NCBI GenBank assembly: GCA_964385285.1 | Contig: CAYLOJ010000002.1 | Coordinates: forward strand, 559-64,558 | Length of the DNA stretch: 64,000 bases | Reading direction: 5' to 3' | From: an uncultured Gammaproteobacteria bacterium | GTDB taxonomy: Bacteria > Patescibacteriota > Patescibacteriia > UBA9570 | In this document: positions 46,622 through 55,927 of the stretch, piece by piece | How the letters are laid out: every line of letters starts with the position of its first letter | Position numbering within the stretch: position 1 is the stretch's first letter | Made by a program: the position numbers and the translations under genes | The notes under the pieces: model-generated | What the model saw: the letters and a program-made list of their open reading frames with translations, nothing else | Database searches by the model: none | What the model was told of the DNA's origin: nothing

Positions 46622-48052
46622 CTAACTGGTACGGTTTAGTTTCTGTAAGATATGGCGTTTAGCCGAGTGTGTTTTTACCATTTCGATCCAGTCCGCATTT
46701 GGAGCTTTGCGGTTTTTGTCGACTAAAATTTCGATGACATCACCCGATTTTAATTTAACATCCAAGGCGACCATCTGATCATTCACTTTGGCGCCAACAC
46801 ACTTGTGTCCGATATCAGTGTGAATGTGATATGCAAAATCTATCGGAGTGGCGTCTTCTGGCAAATCAATGACATCACCACGTGGGGTAAAGACAAAGAT
46901 CCGCGTTTGGAAGAGGTCAATTTTGAGCGACTCTAAATATTGACCTTCATCTCGAATTTCGTTTTGCAATTTTGAGAGCTGTTCCACCCAACCTAATTTT
47001 TCTTTTGGTATTTGTTGATGACCGGTTTCCTTGTAATGCCAGTGGGCAGCAATTCCATACTCAGCTTCTTCATGCATTTCAGCAGTACGGATTTGAATTT
47101 CAGCGATGTCACCATCCGGTGTAAATACAGTTGTGTGTAACGAACGATAACCATTAGGTTTCGGTTGAGCAATGTAGTCCTTGATTCTCCCTTTTAATGG
47201 AGCGCAAAGCTTATGGACGATGCCTAAAGTTTCATAACAACGTGAGACATCCGGTACGATAATCCGTAAGGCCACGAGATCATATATTTTAGCCATGTCC
47301 CGGTTGTGTCGTAACAATTTTTTGTAGAGCGAATAGATATGCTTAGCTCGACCATGTACCGAGATGTAGGGGATATGGTGTTCGTCTAGAGTTTTTTCTA
47401 CGGCCAATTGCAAGCGATTCACAATTTTTGCCTTTTGATGCTTTTCAACCTCAATCTTTTTGACTAACCAGGCATGCTCTTCCGGGTAGACATACGGAAA
47501 CGATAGATCTTCTAATTGACCACGTACATCACACATGCCCAATCGATTAGCAATAGGTACGTAAATTTCCAAAGATTCTAAAGCGATGCGCCGCTGTTTT
47601 TCAGGGGGGAGTGCAGATAGGGTTTCCAGATTATGCATCCGATCGGCAAATTTTATCACAATCACCCGAATGTCCTGAGCCATAGCCACAAACATGCGTC
47701 TTAGGTTTTCTACGTAGCGTTGCATGCCACGATATTTCAGTTTGCCTAACTTGGTTACCCCTTCCACTAAGAAGGCGATCTCTGACCCGAATTCTTTTTT
47801 GACATCCTTTATGGTGCGTTCAGTATCTTCTGGTACATCATGTAGTAAACCAGCGGCAATTGTGCGATCATCCATACGCAAGCTGGCCAACTTATAGGCC
47901 GTGGCTTTGGGGTGATCAAAGTAAGGCGCACCCGATTTTCGCATTTGACCGGCATGGGCAGTCTCGGCAAAGGTATAAGCCCGTTCGAGTAACTCAAAAT
48001 CGGCATCTGGTACCTGTTCGCGAATATATTGCATTAACTCTTCTTTCTTCAT
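46622..48052 (-). CDS. rel: Rel/SpoT homolog (HD + synthetase + TGS; no C-terminal ZFD/ACT)
   Basis: LHDVPEDT, ADRMHN, KDYIAQPKPNGYRSLHT, EIQIRT, TPIDFAY. Confidence 0.92.
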   Translation of the reverse strand: MKKEELMQYIREQVPDADFELLERAYTFAETAHAGQMRKSGAPYFDHPKATAYKLASLRMDDRTIAAGLLHDVPEDTERTIKDVKKEFGSEIAFLVEGVTKLGKLKYRGMQRYVENLRRMFVAMAQDIRVIVIKFADRMHNLETLSALPPEKQRRIALESLEIYVPIANRLGMCDVRGQLEDLSFPYVYPEEHAWLVKKIEVEKHQKAKIVNRLQLAVEKTLDEHHIPYISVHGRAKHIYSLYKKLLRHNRDMAKIYDLVALRIIVPDVSRCYETLGIVHKLCAPLKGRIKDYIAQPKPNGYRSLHTTVFTPDGDIAEIQIRTAEMHEEAEYGIAAHWHYKETGHQQIPKEKLGWVEQLSKLQNEIRDEGQYLESLKIDLFQTRIFVFTPRGDVIDLPEDATPIDFAYHIHTDIGHKCVGAKVNDQMVALDVKLKSGDVIEILVDKNRKAPNADWIEMVKTHSAKRHILQKLNRTS

Positions 48053-48134
48053 AGCGAATAACCAATCGAAAGAATTTTAAGATGCTTACAGCCTACTGAA
48101 AAAAACAGTTTTGTTCAAGTGCTAGCAAGATGAA

Positions 48135-50750
48135 CTACTTGCTGCGTTTTTGATCAACGACGGTAATGGCTTGTTCTAGCGTGATGCTTTCAGGTGGAAT
48201 TTCCTTGGGAATGGTCGCATTCACTTTGCCACATTTTAGGTAAGGACCATATTTACCGTTACACACTTGAATCGCTGCTTTCAGTTGTGGATGCTCACCC
48301 AAGATTTTTAACACCGTGGTGCGACGACCTTTGATTTTGGGAGTATCCAACATGGCAATGGCTCGCTCGGCAGTTAAGGTCAGTAAATTATCTTCCGGAC
48401 TCAAGCTCCGTGTCTCGATGCCACAACGGATATACGGACCAAACCGACCATTGTCTGCAATCATTGCTTCTCCAGTTTTGGGGTAAGGTCCTAAATTTTT
48501 TGGGAACGCCAATAACTGCAAAGCAATTTCTAAAGTGACATCCGTTGGCAACATTCCTTTTAACAAACCTTTCATTTTTGGTTTGATCAGTTTGGCTTTT
48601 TTTACTTTCTTTGGCTTCTTAGTCTTTGTATCAGTGACTTCGATGTTCGCAGGGTCTACAACAACTTCTGGTGCAGAGGTTTGTTTGTCACCTAATTGGA
48701 CATAAGGACCAAATCGACCATCTAGCAAATAGACCGGCTTACCAGAGTTAGGATCTGTGCCCAGTGGGGTTGGTCCCGCTGCGCGTTTTGTAATGAAATC
48801 TAAAGCTTGTTCGACGGTTAACTCATCGGGAGCAATAGTATCAGGAATACTAGCCGTTTTTTCACCTTCAGATAACACCTGTTCCACAAATGGACCAAAC
48901 CGACCAACGCGCACATTGATGGCATGACCGTCCTGGTCATGGCCAATCGGAATAGTGCAGGTGGCACGGGGGTCAATTTCTACATTCAACATGTCATGTA
49001 GCCCAGTGTGCTCTGGAGAACCAAAGTAAAATTGCTTTAAATAGGGGATCGATTCGATTTCACCAGCCGCAATGCGATCTAAATCTTCTTCCATGGCCGC
49101 CGTATAGTGCGTGTTTACCAAGTTAGAAAAATTATTACCCAGCAAGGCATCCACTGCAAAGGCCACGAACCGTGGTACTAGCGCACTACCTTGTTTATAC
49201 ACATAACCACGATTTTGAATTGTATCAATAATGGTTGCATAGGTACTAGGACGTCCAATGCCGTCACTTTCTAATTGTTTGATTAGCGAGGCTTCGGTAT
49301 AACGGGCCGGAGGCTTGGTGTTGTGTTCATCTGCCTGGGCAGTAGTGGATTGAACGGAGTTGCCAGCACTGACCGCTGGTAATACCATTTCAGCTTCATC
49401 TGCCTCATCTGTGCTTTCTGCATAGGCCTGCATATAACCTGCAAACTGAACGGTGCGGCCACTGGCCTGAGCAACAACATCATCCCATGTTAACTGAATT
49501 GAGGTTTGTTGCAGTTTTGCATCAGCCATTTGGGAGGCGACAGTACGTTTCCAAATCAGATCATACAAACTGGCTTCTTCACCGCCCAATGCGTCGCCGA
49601 TATCTTCTAAACTGCGCATCTCTTTACCAGCGGGACGAATCGCTTCATGTGCCTCTTGTGCAGATTTGTTCTTATTTTTGTATTGACGAGGTTCGGGGGT
49701 TAGAAAACGATCACCATACAGCTTAGAAATTTTTTGCCGGGCTGCTTGAATGGCTTCGGCCGATAACGTCACGGAATCAGTACGCATGTAGGTAATAAAT
49801 CCATGTTCATAGAGCCGTTGAGCAGTACGCATCGTTTTGCCGGCGGGCCAACCCAATTTTCGTCCGGCATCTTGCTGTAGGGTACTAGTAATAAATGGAG
49901 GTTTGGGAGTCAGGGTTAATGGTTTTTGTTGGACATCTGCTACCTGCCAAGTTTGTGGTGCAACACGTTGGGCTAAGTTCTGACTCGCCTGATGATCTAG
50001 TACTATGACTTCATCCGCGACTTTGGCTAACACAGCGCCACTGGTGCTATCAAAATCTTTTGTGCCTGCGATGCGTTTACCAGCAACCGTATGGATTTTA
50101 CCCGTAAATGTTGTGGCATCATGCTGATAACTGACGGTGACATCATGATAGACTGAGCTATGGAATGCCATCCGACTTTTCTCACGTTCAACAATCACGT
50201 GTAACGCCGCGCTCTGTACACGACCAGCTGACAACTTTGGAGCAACTTTTCGCCACAGCACTGGAGAGATCTCGTAACCATATAAGCGATCCAAAATACG
50301 GCGGGTTTCCTGTGCAGAGACAAGATGCATATCCACTGTGCGGGGATGCTCAAGGGCTGCCAAGATCGCTTCCTTAGTGATTTCATGAAACACCATGCGT
50401 TTAATGGGCACTTTGGGCTGCAACACTTCTAGCAGGTGCCAACTAATGGCCTCTCCTTCGCGGTCTTCGTCAGTTGCCAGATAAACCTCTTCAGCTTCTT
50501 TGACTAATTTTTTCAATTCAGCAATGTGCTTTTTTTTGGCGCTCGGAACAATATAAAGTGGTTGAAAATCATGATCTACATCAATACCCAAGCGTGCCCA
50601 TTTTTCCTTTTTGTATTGGGCGGGGATCTCTGTAGCAGATTGTGGTAGATCTCGAATATGACCTAAGCTAGACTCCACGACGTAACCAGCCGGTAGGAAT
50701 TTTTTAATCGTCTTAGCTTTGGTTGGACTTTCCACAATGACCAGCTTCAT
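48135..50750 (-). CDS. topA: DNA topoisomerase I with Topo_C_Rpt-type C-terminus
   Basis: LVIVESPTKAKTI, ATDEDREGE, ITYMRTDS, GIGRPSTY; GRFGPY repeats instead of zinc ribbons. Confidence 0.96.
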   Translation of the reverse strand: MKLVIVESPTKAKTIKKFLPAGYVVESSLGHIRDLPQSATEIPAQYKKEKWARLGIDVDHDFQPLYIVPSAKKKHIAELKKLVKEAEEVYLATDEDREGEAISWHLLEVLQPKVPIKRMVFHEITKEAILAALEHPRTVDMHLVSAQETRRILDRLYGYEISPVLWRKVAPKLSAGRVQSAALHVIVEREKSRMAFHSSVYHDVTVSYQHDATTFTGKIHTVAGKRIAGTKDFDSTSGAVLAKVADEVIVLDHQASQNLAQRVAPQTWQVADVQQKPLTLTPKPPFITSTLQQDAGRKLGWPAGKTMRTAQRLYEHGFITYMRTDSVTLSAEAIQAARQKISKLYGDRFLTPEPRQYKNKNKSAQEAHEAIRPAGKEMRSLEDIGDALGGEEASLYDLIWKRTVASQMADAKLQQTSIQLTWDDVVAQASGRTVQFAGYMQAYAESTDEADEAEMVLPAVSAGNSVQSTTAQADEHNTKPPARYTEASLIKQLESDGIGRPSTYATIIDTIQNRGYVYKQGSALVPRFVAFAVDALLGNNFSNLVNTHYTAAMEEDLDRIAAGEIESIPYLKQFYFGSPEHTGLHDMLNVEIDPRATCTIPIGHDQDGHAINVRVGRFGPFVEQVLSEGEKTASIPDTIAPDELTVEQALDFITKRAAGPTPLGTDPNSGKPVYLLDGRFGPYVQLGDKQTSAPEVVVDPANIEVTDTKTKKPKKVKKAKLIKPKMKGLLKGMLPTDVTLEIALQLLAFPKNLGPYPKTGEAMIADNGRFGPYIRCGIETRSLSPEDNLLTLTAERAIAMLDTPKIKGRRTTVLKILGEHPQLKAAIQVCNGKYGPYLKCGKVNATIPKEIPPESITLEQAITVVDQKRSK

Positions 50751-50758
50751 AAAAAAAG

Positions 50759-51619
50759 TTATGGATTTATTTCGTACCGCATCCAAATATTCTTCCGTAC
50801 TATTCCTTGTATTTCTAATTCTGTCAAGCCAACTTGGAGCGATTCACTTGAACAACCCAATGTTTGTGCTAGTTCTTCAGCGTCACTCGATTGCCGTTGC
50901 AAGGCTTCGATGATACTGCGCTGTAGGGAAGAGCAGTGTGTTGTAGAGAGCGTCTTGGGTGATAATGGAGGGATAGATAAATCACTAAACAGATCCTCGA
51001 TGGAGTGCAATACTTGGGCCCCTTCTTTTAGTAAGCGGTGCGTGCCAGCAGAACGGGTGCTGAAGATTGATCCCGGAACAGCAAATACTGAGCGATTCGC
51101 CTCCAATGCGTGATGGGCAGTATTAATTGCGCCGGATTGATAGGCGGCTTCGATGACGATAGTGGCCAGGCTTAACCCAGCAAGAATGCGATTGCGTTCT
51201 AAAAAATGATGACGTCGTGCCTGGGTCGTGGCTGGATATTCAGACAACAATGCTCCACCATGTTGCAGGATGTTTTGAGCGAGTCGTCGGTTACCGGCCG
51301 GAAAAATCACCTCAGTGCTTAAACCAGAACCAAGCACTGCTAAAGTCGTGCCGCCTAATTCTAAGGTGGCTTGGTGTGCAATGGCATCAATGCCTGTTGC
51401 CAAGCCGCTGACAATCGCCAGCCCGGCCCGGACACAGGCCGACACCACATAGCGACAAACATGTTCGCCGTAGGGGGTCATGGCCCGACTTCCTACAATG
51501 GCAATGCTAGGTAAGTAGAGAGCCGAGGAGTTGCCGGCAATATATAATAGGTGTGGCGGAGAGGGGATTTCTGCAAGCAAGGGAGGTAAACCGGCAGTCG
51601 TTAAAATGGTCGTATCCAT
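50759..51619 (-). CDS. dprA: DNA-processing protein DprA (lacks N-terminal SAM domain)
   Basis: AIVGSR, VSGLATGID, RNRILAGLS, SGA..TA, AVPG; upstream of topA. Confidence 0.93.
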   Translation of the reverse strand: MDTTILTTAGLPPLLAEIPSPPHLLYIAGNSSALYLPSIAIVGSRAMTPYGEHVCRYVVSACVRAGLAIVSGLATGIDAIAHQATLELGGTTLAVLGSGLSTEVIFPAGNRRLAQNILQHGGALLSEYPATTQARRHHFLERNRILAGLSLATIVIEAAYQSGAINTAHHALEANRSVFAVPGSIFSTRSAGTHRLLKEGAQVLHSIEDLFSDLSIPPLSPKTLSTTHCSSLQRSIIEALQRQSSDAEELAQTLGCSSESLQVGLTELEIQGIVRKNIWMRYEINP

Positions 51620-51701
51620 ACAAAAAACCCACACTTCGGTGGGCTCTTATTTCTAACCTATCATGCTTTACGGTGCTTGGCAACTTTGTTATAGTCACTG
51701 C

Positions 51702-52466
51702 ATGAAACCTAAGTACTTAATCGTAGTCAGTGTTGCGATCATCGGGCTATTACTCGCAGCAGTAGTTGGGTTTGTCTGGTGGCAAAATGGCTTTGAAGAA
51801 TATCCGCCTATTAGTGGCAATCAAGTGTCTGTTGGTTTAGTGCCCGCAGAGGGAACTTATCTTGCTGCTCGTTATTATGCTGCTCCCGGTAAAGTTTCGA
51901 ATCGTGGTGTGATTTTGCTGCATCAATACAATAGTAACCAAAATGCCTGGAATGAATTTGCAGCTGAATTGCAAGATCGCGGATTTGCCGTCATGACGTT
52001 GGATTTTCCAGGTCACGGTACATCGTCAGGTGATCTCGCAACCATGACGGAAGACGACTATCAAAAATTTGCTACGGATGCAGCCGATGCAGTGGAATAT
52101 TTGCGTGATATTAACGCTGATATGAAGATTGCAGTCATTGGGGCAGGCTTAGGAGCGAATGTAGGCTTGCAGTTAGCGGCCAATGATGAATCAATTGCCG
52201 CTGCCGTACTGGTGTCTCCACAATATAATTATCGTGGAGTAAAAATTACTACAATTAATAAAAATTTTACCCGACCTATATATTATCTTGTGAGCCGAAC
52301 TGATACGATTAGTTTGGAGGCGACTCAAGGTTTATATGACCACACAGCCGCATCAACAAAGGAATTACGCATTGCGGAAGAAGCCAAGGGTCGCGGTACA
52401 AATTTGTTACGCCACGCTCCAAAGCTAAGAGATGCAATGGTGGATTGGCTCGAGTTATCGCTATGA
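51702..52466 (+). CDS. Membrane-anchored alpha/beta-hydrolase-fold protein, catalytic Ser and His apparently absent
   Basis: VILLH, LDFPGHG.S; nucleophile elbow reads GAGLG; the HGT position reads RGT. Confidence 0.75.
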   Translation: MKPKYLIVVSVAIIGLLLAAVVGFVWWQNGFEEYPPISGNQVSVGLVPAEGTYLAARYYAAPGKVSNRGVILLHQYNSNQNAWNEFAAELQDRGFAVMTLDFPGHGTSSGDLATMTEDDYQKFATDAADAVEYLRDINADMKIAVIGAGLGANVGLQLAANDESIAAAVLVSPQYNYRGVKITTINKNFTRPIYYLVSRTDTISLEATQGLYDHTAASTKELRIAEEAKGRGTNLLRHAPKLRDAMVDWLELSL

Positions 52467-53026
52467 CCACTGTATTCATGGATTGGTTTCAAGGTAATGT
52501 GTGGAAAATTATTTTGATTTTAGTGTTATGGGTAGCGACTTCCTACACCGCTACTAAATTTGGACGCCAATTGGTTTCTTTAATTTTGACTAAGGAAAAA
52601 GCCGGTTTACGGCAGCGTCATCGTACGCTAACGGCAGGCGAACAGCACTATATTGAAACACTCAGTGCATTCATCTCACGCTTTTTGAAGCTTTGTATTG
52701 TCCTCATTTTTGTCACAATGTTACTGACGCAGTTTGGAATCTCCGTAACACCACTCTTCGCGAGTGCTGGAATCATTGGTGTGGCGCTTGGCTTTGGGGC
52801 GCAATCGCTCATTAAAGATATGTTAGCCGGACTCTTCGTATTGATTGAGAATCAATATGCTAAGGGCGATCGGGTGCGGTTAGGCGCCGTGACGGGCATG
52901 GTGGAAGATCTCTCCTTGCGCGCTACCATTCTGCGGGACGACCAAGGTGTGGTTCATTATATTCCTAACGGCTCTATTACGGTCATCTCAAATTTTTCTA
53001 AACAGGACCAGCAACAGCATTTATAA
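52463..53026 (+). CDS. mscS: Small mechanosensitive channel, short form
   Basis: AGIIGVALGFGAQSLIKD, GDRV, LRAT.LR..G.VHYIPNG; lacks the C-terminal alpha/beta domain. Confidence 0.85.
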   Translation: MTTVFMDWFQGNVWKIILILVLWVATSYTATKFGRQLVSLILTKEKAGLRQRHRTLTAGEQHYIETLSAFISRFLKLCIVLIFVTMLLTQFGISVTPLFASAGIIGVALGFGAQSLIKDMLAGLFVLIENQYAKGDRVRLGAVTGMVEDLSLRATILRDDQGVVHYIPNGSITVISNFSKQDQQQHL

Positions 53027-53039
53027 TCGATCAATACTT

Positions 53040-53768
53040 ATGGGAATTAGTTTGTGGCGTCAAATTGCGTTAGCGGTACTGGTCGGGGTGATGCCGCTGA
53101 TGCCAACAGCGCAACCCGCTGTTGCTCAGCATGCGGTAGTCACTAATGTGCAGATGACACAAGTGATCTCCACACAGCGGATTAAGTTTACGTGGGATAA
53201 AATCGCTACTGCCAAAAAATATCGGATTCGGATTATGCATGGTAGCGATAAGATTGCAAAAAAAAATGTGGATAAGCCGCATGCTAAATTTAAAGAATCC
53301 AAATTTTCTGATTACGAAACCTACACAGTCTATATCCGTGCCAAAGGTAACGCTAACTACACAGTCAATGCGTGGACAGAGTATACATTTATCTATTTTG
53401 ATGCAGATCATGACAATGATTTGATTTCCGATGAGGATGATTATGACGACGATAATGATGGAATTCCTGATACGATTGATGATGATCCCTACAGTGTGAG
53501 CGGGACAGTGTATCCAATCATTATTGAAAATAATGCATTGCAAAGTGGTACGATCAGCATTCTACAGAATGATAGCGTGACCTGGATTAATAAAGATGAG
53601 GGTGGCCATGCTGTAGCAGCGAGTAACGGCAGTTGGTATAGTCCGCCCTTACAACGCAACGAATCCTACACACATGTATTTGGTAGTACGGGTATATTTA
53701 CTTACTATGATCCCACCTATCCCGGTGTCGCCAATATGATGGGAACGATCACAGTTTCAACAGAGTGA
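53040..53768 (+). CDS. Secreted FN3-like + Asp-rich + degenerate cupredoxin protein
   Basis: Signal peptide; W..Y..Y.VYIRA; DHDND..DDDNDGIPD; VTWINKD..H..YYDPTY..MMGTITV (Cys absent). Confidence 0.7.
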   Translation: MGISLWRQIALAVLVGVMPLMPTAQPAVAQHAVVTNVQMTQVISTQRIKFTWDKIATAKKYRIRIMHGSDKIAKKNVDKPHAKFKESKFSDYETYTVYIRAKGNANYTVNAWTEYTFIYFDADHDNDLISDEDDYDDDNDGIPDTIDDDPYSVSGTVYPIIIENNALQSGTISILQNDSVTWINKDEGGHAVAASNGSWYSPPLQRNESYTHVFGSTGIFTYYDPTYPGVANMMGTITVSTE

Positions 53769-54463
53769 AGATGAAACACTATCTGTGGTTAGTAGCATTA
53801 CTAGGGTTAGCGGGTTGTGGCACAACTAGTGATGCGCCGTTATTACAATCCCAGGTAGTAACGTGGGGTGATATTCAAATTACAGCAGAGCAGACACCGG
53901 CCGAATGGGATTGGTCGGGTGTTGATGACGCATTAGCGACGCAGAAGACGGATCTCATTGTGCCGATTTATCCATACGCTCTGTGGGATCAAGCAAATTG
54001 TCATGCGGATTGGCCAAGTGTCGTGACTATTTTTGGTCCCAGCTTTCAAGCACCCTACCCACCGTGTGATCAAGCTGCCTACACGCGTTGGTTAACAGCT
54101 CTAGTTGAGCGCTATGGTGATCGTGTAGCTGCTTGGCAGATCTTGGCGAGTCCTACAGATCAAGCACCACCCACTGCCCAATTTATTGGCGGGGAGCAGA
54201 GCTATGCAGAGTTGCTCACCCTATCGGCCAGTGCCATTCGCGCAGCGGATGATCAGGCAGTGGTGTATGTTGGTAATCTGCATGATCTTTCCCCCGAAAC
54301 CATTACATTCTATACAGAGTTATTAGCACGATCCGAGGTGCAATCCGCAGCTAATGGATTCACCGTGAATGCCAATGTGACAGATGATCGGTCTGTGATT
54401 GAATCGTTGGTCGAGCGTGCACAATGGGACCAACTAACACAGAAGGTGTATACTGTTCAATAG
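53765..54463 (+). CDS. Lipoprotein with degenerate clan-A glycoside-hydrolase-like barrel
   Basis: Lipobox LAGC; WDWSGVD, ALVERYGDRVAAWQILASP (NEP position altered), AIRAADDQA. Confidence 0.6.
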   Translation: MKMKHYLWLVALLGLAGCGTTSDAPLLQSQVVTWGDIQITAEQTPAEWDWSGVDDALATQKTDLIVPIYPYALWDQANCHADWPSVVTIFGPSFQAPYPPCDQAAYTRWLTALVERYGDRVAAWQILASPTDQAPPTAQFIGGEQSYAELLTLSASAIRAADDQAVVYVGNLHDLSPETITFYTELLARSEVQSAANGFTVNANVTDDRSVIESLVERAQWDQLTQKVYTVQ

Positions 54464-54465
54464 TT

Positions 54466-54855
54466 ATGGAATTGCTTTTAAAACAAGGTGACGTGCTCAC
54501 CGCGCAAACTCAAGCGATCGTTTATCCGGGTGATGCGGCAGGCTATGTGGGAGAGGCGAGCGTGGTGGAGGGTCGCATTGTTGCTCCAACCATGAAACAT
54601 CCCAATGAACCCATTCCACCCAAGCAAGTAGAATTGGCCACAGTGGCAGCGTTACGCTGTGCAGATGAACAGGGTTATACTTCTGTCGCATTTCCACCAT
54701 TGGGTACGGGCGTTGGAGCGGTAGATTTAGACACCGCCGCGCGGATCATGATGGAAACTATTCAAATGTTTCGCTGTGATCACGGTTTACAGCGCGTCGA
54801 GATTTGGCTGCCTACAGCTGAAGCCGTCACTATCTTTCAGCGTTATGGCTTATAA
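54466..54855 (+). CDS. Macro-domain protein with internal deletion
   Basis: KQGDV, APTM, SVAFPPLGTGVG; the NAAN/GGGV segment is missing. Confidence 0.72.
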   Translation: MELLLKQGDVLTAQTQAIVYPGDAAGYVGEASVVEGRIVAPTMKHPNEPIPPKQVELATVAALRCADEQGYTSVAFPPLGTGVGAVDLDTAARIMMETIQMFRCDHGLQRVEIWLPTAEAVTIFQRYGL

Positions 54856-55927
54856 CAAAACTGCCGTTGCTGGTGGCATGGTCGTCGGTATGATTATTGT
54901 GGCTGGTATTCTCCAAGTAAAGTTTTACTTTAATCCTCCGAAGGATAATTTTGACAATGAGATTGATTTTTTGTTAGATCGGCAAATGGCTTTATTGGCA
55001 GACAGCATCGATGATGCTCCGTTTGCTGATTCTGTGGATGCTCTGAGTGTCACACCAACGGAGTCTTCGCAACCGATCTATGGAGATTTTCAAACGATCA
55101 CACTTAGCACTGGAATCCCATTGGCTAGTCTAACGGAGACCGCTGGGGTGAGTAGTGTGGTGCTGCGTGGTAATCAATTATTACTAATGCAGTACGATCA
55201 ACAGTGGCAAGTTCGTCCGGATGGCGAACATGTCTTAATGACAGAGATTAGTCTGGTGAACGGCAAGGCTCCATTGGCTAGCCTGACATCGACGCCCAAT
55301 GGTTATCAACTGTTAATCACACAACCAACCGCTGTCGGTACGATTGTGAAAGTCATATCCATTGATGAGCAATTTGCGGTCACTACCACTAATAGTTTAG
55401 CAGTTGATCCAGTAGTGATGGCTGCTACAGGTAATACGCTGTGGAGTTATACTGTGGATGCTAAGTTACAGATTTATAGTATCGCGGAAGGAACGTTAGT
55501 GGCCGAACAAACCAATACACTTGTTCCGTGTAATTTGATTACGGATGGCGATAGTGTCATCGTTTTATCAGCACAAAGTGATCAGTTATTGTTTTCAAAG
55601 ATTTCAGCGGTGGGAGAGACTCGGTCCAAGATTATCGTGTCTGCAGCCGGCATTACCAGCTGCGTTGTCAGCGGGCGACTAAACCAGCACCTAGCGGTAG
55701 TACTGCCAAATACAATTCAATTATTTAATGATAATCTAACCGTCAGTTATCCAGCAGTCGATCTTCCGACCAATGCATTATTCCCTCTGATCGGATTCAG
55801 CGGAGAGCAACTGTGGGTCATGTACAGTACCTCAGAAACGTTAGGAGAGTATCAATTCCATGTCGCTATGTATGATCCGCTTGCAGTTGTAACACAGCCT
55901 GATGCAGCAAACGTGTATACAAATTGA
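54845..55927 (+). CDS. Membrane-anchored beta-rich (propeller-like) hypothetical protein
   Basis: Start MAYNK; TM then beta-rich ectodomain; 3' end overlaps mfd. Confidence 0.6.
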   Translation: MAYNKTAVAGGMVVGMIIVAGILQVKFYFNPPKDNFDNEIDFLLDRQMALLADSIDDAPFADSVDALSVTPTESSQPIYGDFQTITLSTGIPLASLTETAGVSSVVLRGNQLLLMQYDQQWQVRPDGEHVLMTEISLVNGKAPLASLTSTPNGYQLLITQPTAVGTIVKVISIDEQFAVTTTNSLAVDPVVMAATGNTLWSYTVDAKLQIYSIAEGTLVAEQTNTLVPCNLITDGDSVIVLSAQSDQLLFSKISAVGETRSKIIVSAAGITSCVVSGRLNQHLAVVLPNTIQLFNDNLTVSYPAVDLPTNALFPLIGFSGEQLWVMYSTSETLGEYQFHVAMYDPLAVVTQPDAANVYTN

